From NCBI GenBank assembly GCA_963816185.1, contig CAWFJJ010000028.1, positions 544,001-608,000 of the forward strand: DNA of 64,000 nt, in the 5' to 3' direction. Numbering within the stretch: position 1 is the stretch's first letter; every line of letters starts with the position of its first letter. Positions 60,506 through 64,000 of this stretch are shown one piece after another. Under the pieces are notes generated by a model. It searched no databases, was not told the origin of the DNA, and saw only the letters and a program-made list of their open reading frames with translations. The position numbers and the translations under genes were made by a program. Source of the stretch: Thermoanaerobaculia bacterium (GTDB taxonomy: Bacteria > Acidobacteriota > Thermoanaerobaculia > UBA5066).

Positions 60506-61635
60506 ACCTCCGGCGTCTCGCCGCACTCGTTTCGATCGTCTTTCTCGCGGACTCCTGCGGCGCGAAGGACAAGAAGGCAGCGGCGCCTCCGAGCGTTCCC
60601 GTCACCGCCGGTGTCGTCGAGAACAAGGATGTGCCGCTCGAGGCGGTCGCGGTCGGACACGTGGATCCCTTCTCCACGGTCGCGGTGCGGACGCGGGTCG
60701 GCGGCGAGGTCACCAAAGTCGCCTTCCGCGAAGGGCAGGACGTCAAGGGCGGCGACCTCTTGTTCGAGATCGATCGCCGGCCCTACCAGTCCGCGCTCGC
60801 CGAGGCCGAGGCGAACCTCGAGCGGGATCGCGCCCGCGCCCGCGAAGCGGACGAGAACCTGAAGCGTTACGCCGAGCTCGTCAAGAAGGACTACGTCACA
60901 CAAGAGCAGTTCTCCCAGGCCACGGCGAACGCGGACGCCCTGAAGGCGACCGTGAAGGCCGACGACGCCGCCGTCGAGACGGCGCGCCTGAACGTCTCGT
61001 ACTGCCTGATCAACGCGCCGATCTCGGGCCGGACGGGCGGCCTCCTCGTGCACTCCGGCAACATGATCAAGGCGAACGACGACCGCGCCCTCGTCGTCAT
61101 CAACCAGATCGAGCCGATCTACGTCACATTCGCCCTGCCCGAGGCGGTCCTCGCGGACGTCAAGAAGCGTGCGGCCGCCGGCGCCCTGAAAGTGAGCGCG
61201 CTGCCGAACGGACCCGGCCTGACGCCCTCCGAAGGCACGCTCTCCTTCATCGACAACACCGTGGACACGACCACCGGCACGATCAACCTGAAGGCCACGT
61301 TCCCGAACCACGACCGCGCGCTCTGGCCGGGACAGTTCACGAACGTCTCGCTCACGCTCGCGACGGACGCGAACGCCGTCGTTGCGCCGACGCCCGCGGT
61401 CCAGGCGGGGCAACAGGGCACGTACGTGTACGTCATCAAGCCGGACGACACGGTCGAGGCCCGCACCGTCGTCGTGCGCCGCACCTGGCAGCAGTGGTCC
61501 GTGATCGACAAGGGGCTCGCGCCGGGCGAGCGAGTCGTGACCGACGGGCAGCTCCGCCTCGCGCCCGGGACGAAGGTCGCGATCAAGACCGACCTGGTGC
61601 CCGCTTCCACGCCTCCCGCGGAGAAGAAATCGTGA
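60502..61635 (+). CDS. RND efflux periplasmic adaptor (MdtA-like)
   Basis: GQDVKGGDLLFEID, INAPISGRTG, IDNTVDTTTGTI, LWPGQF and VVTDGQ. Confidence 0.93.
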   Translation: MNLRRLAALVSIVFLADSCGAKDKKAAAPPSVPVTAGVVENKDVPLEAVAVGHVDPFSTVAVRTRVGGEVTKVAFREGQDVKGGDLLFEIDRRPYQSALAEAEANLERDRARAREADENLKRYAELVKKDYVTQEQFSQATANADALKATVKADDAAVETARLNVSYCLINAPISGRTGGLLVHSGNMIKANDDRALVVINQIEPIYVTFALPEAVLADVKKRAAAGALKVSALPNGPGLTPSEGTLSFIDNTVDTTTGTINLKATFPNHDRALWPGQFTNVSLTLATDANAVVAPTPAVQAGQQGTYVYVIKPDDTVEARTVVVRRTWQQWSVIDKGLAPGERVVTDGQLRLAPGTKVAIKTDLVPASTPPAEKKS

Positions 61636-61705
61636 ACCGAAGAGCCGAGCCGCAGGCGAGGATCGCAGGTCCGTGCCGCGCCCGAGGCGGAAGGCGAGGG
61701 CGTGG

Positions 61706-64000
61706 ATGAATATCTCCGAGCTCTTCATCCGGCGCCCGGTCGCCACCACGCTCGTGATGCTGGGGATCCTCTTCTTCGGCATCGTTGGCTACCGGCTCCT
61801 CCCGGTCTCGGACCTGCCGAACGTGGACTTTCCGACGATCCAGGTGACGGCCGCCCTCCCGGGAGCGAGCCCCGAGACGATGGCCTCCGCGGTCGCGACG
61901 CCTCTCGAGCGCCAGTTCACGACGATCGCCGGCCTCGACAGCATGAACTCGACGAGCATCCTCGGCGTCACGCAGGTGACTCTCCAGTTCAACCTCAGCC
62001 GCAACCTCGACGCGGCCGCCCAGGACGTGCAGGCCGCGATCGGCGGGGCCTCGCGCCAGCTTCCTCCGGGGATGCCGAGCCCTCCCACGTATCAGAAGGT
62101 CAATCCGGCCGACCAGCCCATCGTCTACATCGCCCTCACCTCGCCGACGCTCGCCCTCTCGACGCTCGACGAGTACGCCGAGACGATCATGGCGCAGCGC
62201 ATCTCGACGGTCTCCGGCGTCGCGCAGGTGCTGGTGTACGGCGCGCAGAAATACGCCGTACGCGTGCAGGTCGACCCGCGCGCGCTCGCCTACCGGGGCA
62301 TCGGGATAGACGAGGCTTCCGCCGCCGTCGCCGCCGCGAACGTGAACATCCCGACGGGGACGCTCTGGGGCGCGAACACCGCGTACACGGTGGAGGCCAC
62401 CGGCCAGCTCACGAAGGCCGCCGAATACGGTCCGCTCATCGTGGCCTACCGGAACGGGTCGCCGGTGAGGGTGAACGACATCGGCCGCGCGCTCGACAGC
62501 GTCGAGAACGACAAGACGGCTTCGTGGTACGTCGACAAGGACGGTCCGACGCGCAGCATCGTCCTCGCGATCCAGAAGCAGCCCGGCGAGAACACGGTCG
62601 AGGTCGTCTCGAACATCAGGAAGCTGATCCCGGTGTTCCAGGCCATGCTCCCGGGCTCGGCGAAGCTCAACATCCTCTTCGACCGCTCCAAGTCCATCCG
62701 GGAATCCGTCTCCGACGTGAAATTCACGCTCTGGCTGACGCTCGCGCTCGTCGTCCTCGTGATCTTCCTGTTCCTGAGAAACCTCTCGGCGACCGTCATC
62801 CCGTCGTTGGCCCTTCCGCTCTCGATCGCCGGGACGTTCGCCGCGATGTACGCGCTCGGCTACAGCATGGACAACCTGTCGCTCATGGCGCTCACGCTCT
62901 CGGTGGGGTTCGTCGTGGACGATGCGATCGTGGTCCTCGAGAACATCGTCCGGCACATCGAGTCGGGCGAGAAAGTCTTCGACGCCGCCCTGAACGGCAC
63001 GAAGGAGATCGGATTCACGATTCTCTCCATGACGCTGTCCCTCGCCGCCGTGTTCATTCCGCTGCTCTTCATGGGCGGGATCATCGGACGGCTGTTCCGC
63101 GAGTTCGCCGTCACGATCGCGGTCGCGATCCTCGTGTCGGGCTTCGTCTCGCTGACGCTGACGCCCATGCTCTGCGCCCGATACCTGAAGGCGCACGACG
63201 AGGCGAAGCCGCACGGCCACTTCTACCTGGCCTCCGAGCGCGTCTTCGACTCGACGCTCGCCTTTTACGAGCGCGGCCTGAAGTGGGCTCTGAGGCGGAA
63301 ACGGCTGATGCTGGGCTTTTCGGCTCTCGTCCTCCTCGCCACGGTCTTTCTCTTCCGGATCGTTCCGAAGGGCTTCATTCCGACCGACGACACCGGACAG
63401 ATCTTCGCCCCCACCGAGGCGGCGCAGGGCATCTCGTTCGAGGCCATGGTCGAGCATCAGAAGGCGGCCGCAGAGGTCGTGAGGGGCGACCCGAACGTCG
63501 AGGGCTTCATGTCGAGCTGCGGCAACCGCGGCAACAGCGTCCTGAGCGGGAACACCGGCACGATGTTCATGCGCCTGAAACCCCGCAACGAGCGCAAGCT
63601 CTCGGCCGACCAGATCATCCAGCAGCTCCGCCCGAGGCTCGCGCAGATCCCCGGAATCCGGGTCTATCCCCAGAACCTGCCGCCGATCCGGCTGGGAGGA
63701 GTGCTCACGCGGGCGCAATACCAGTTCACGCTGCAGGCGTCCGACACGAAGGATCTCTACCAGGCCGCGCCGCTTCTCGAAGAGAAGATGCACGGGATCA
63801 AGGCCCTCCAGGACGTCAACAGCGACCTTCAGCTCCGCAACCCGACGGCCTATCTCACGATCGACCGCGACCGGACGGCCGCGCTCGGCGTCACGCCGGA
63901 ATCCATCGAGAACGCGCTCTACACGGCATACGGCTCCCGCCAGATCTCGACGATCTACTCTCCCAACAACGAGTACCAGGTGATCATGGAGCTCCTGCCG
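61706..64000 (+). CDS. RND efflux permease (MdtB/MdtC-like); runs off the window end
   Basis: Manual translation: MNISELFIRRPVATTL...LPNVDFPTIQV...PGASPETMAS...DNLSLMALTLSVGFVVDDAIVVLENI...LFREFAVT. Confidence 0.93.
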   Translation, partial: MNISELFIRRPVATTLVMLGILFFGIVGYRLLPVSDLPNVDFPTIQVTAALPGASPETMASAVATPLERQFTTIAGLDSMNSTSILGVTQVTLQFNLSRNLDAAAQDVQAAIGGASRQLPPGMPSPPTYQKVNPADQPIVYIALTSPTLALSTLDEYAETIMAQRISTVSGVAQVLVYGAQKYAVRVQVDPRALAYRGIGIDEASAAVAAANVNIPTGTLWGANTAYTVEATGQLTKAAEYGPLIVAYRNGSPVRVNDIGRALDSVENDKTASWYVDKDGPTRSIVLAIQKQPGENTVEVVSNIRKLIPVFQAMLPGSAKLNILFDRSKSIRESVSDVKFTLWLTLALVVLVIFLFLRNLSATVIPSLALPLSIAGTFAAMYALGYSMDNLSLMALTLSVGFVVDDAIVVLENIVRHIESGEKVFDAALNGTKEIGFTILSMTLSLAAVFIPLLFMGGIIGRLFREFAVTIAVAILVSGFVSLTLTPMLCARYLKAHDEAKPHGHFYLASERVFDSTLAFYERGLKWALRRKRLMLGFSALVLLATVFLFRIVPKGFIPTDDTGQIFAPTEAAQGISFEAMVEHQKAAAEVVRGDPNVEGFMSSCGNRGNSVLSGNTGTMFMRLKPRNERKLSADQIIQQLRPRLAQIPGIRVYPQNLPPIRLGGVLTRAQYQFTLQASDTKDLYQAAPLLEEKMHGIKALQDVNSDLQLRNPTAYLTIDRDRTAALGVTPESIENALYTAYGSRQISTIYSPNNEYQVIMELLP

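Noticed and set aside
62771-62781. TTCCTGAGAAA in the RND permease as a motif copy
   Set aside because: Encodes the conserved FLRN of RND transporters, is unpaired and lacks the flanking tract.
163-63793. Many long overlapping ORFs in the track (e.g. 7878-10067, 35193-37664, 42268-44394, 61583-63793)
   Set aside because: Arg/Gly/Pro-rich shadow or antisense frames typical of high-GC DNA. Each overlaps a gene with clear family motifs.

Overview
High-GC (roughly two-thirds G+C by eye) bacterial chromosomal window. It is probably from an Acidobacteriota (Thermoanaerobaculia-like) genome; this is inferred from gene content and codon style only. About 45 genes lie on both strands. In order: an NfeD protease; a candidate sphingolipid locus (AUR1/PAP2-like, GNAT ceramide synthase-like, serine palmitoyltransferase, SDR reductase); M1 and S10 peptidases; homoserine dehydrogenase; AlaX; PadR; cydAB; amrS-amrB; a complete Rrf2-sufBCDSU-sufT operon with an IscR-type operator; a Na+/solute symporter; an AddAB-like helicase-nuclease; a membrane pentaheme-cytochrome/TPR protein; four CRTAC1 (FG-GAP/ASPIC-UnbV) paralogues; and a TolC-MFP-RND pump. 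I found no rRNA, tRNA, CRISPR array or transposase. The most unusual signal is not a gene. An AT-rich motif, CTTCTAAGAAATC followed by a pyrimidine tract, is dispersed through the window: at least 13 exact TTCTWAGAA cores plus about 15 near matches. It mostly occurs as inverted pairs 50-235 bp apart, both between genes and inside ORFs in different frames, where it appears to dictate low-complexity peptide patches. Many genes look leaderless. Five genes carry single-base frameshifts, most likely assembly errors.
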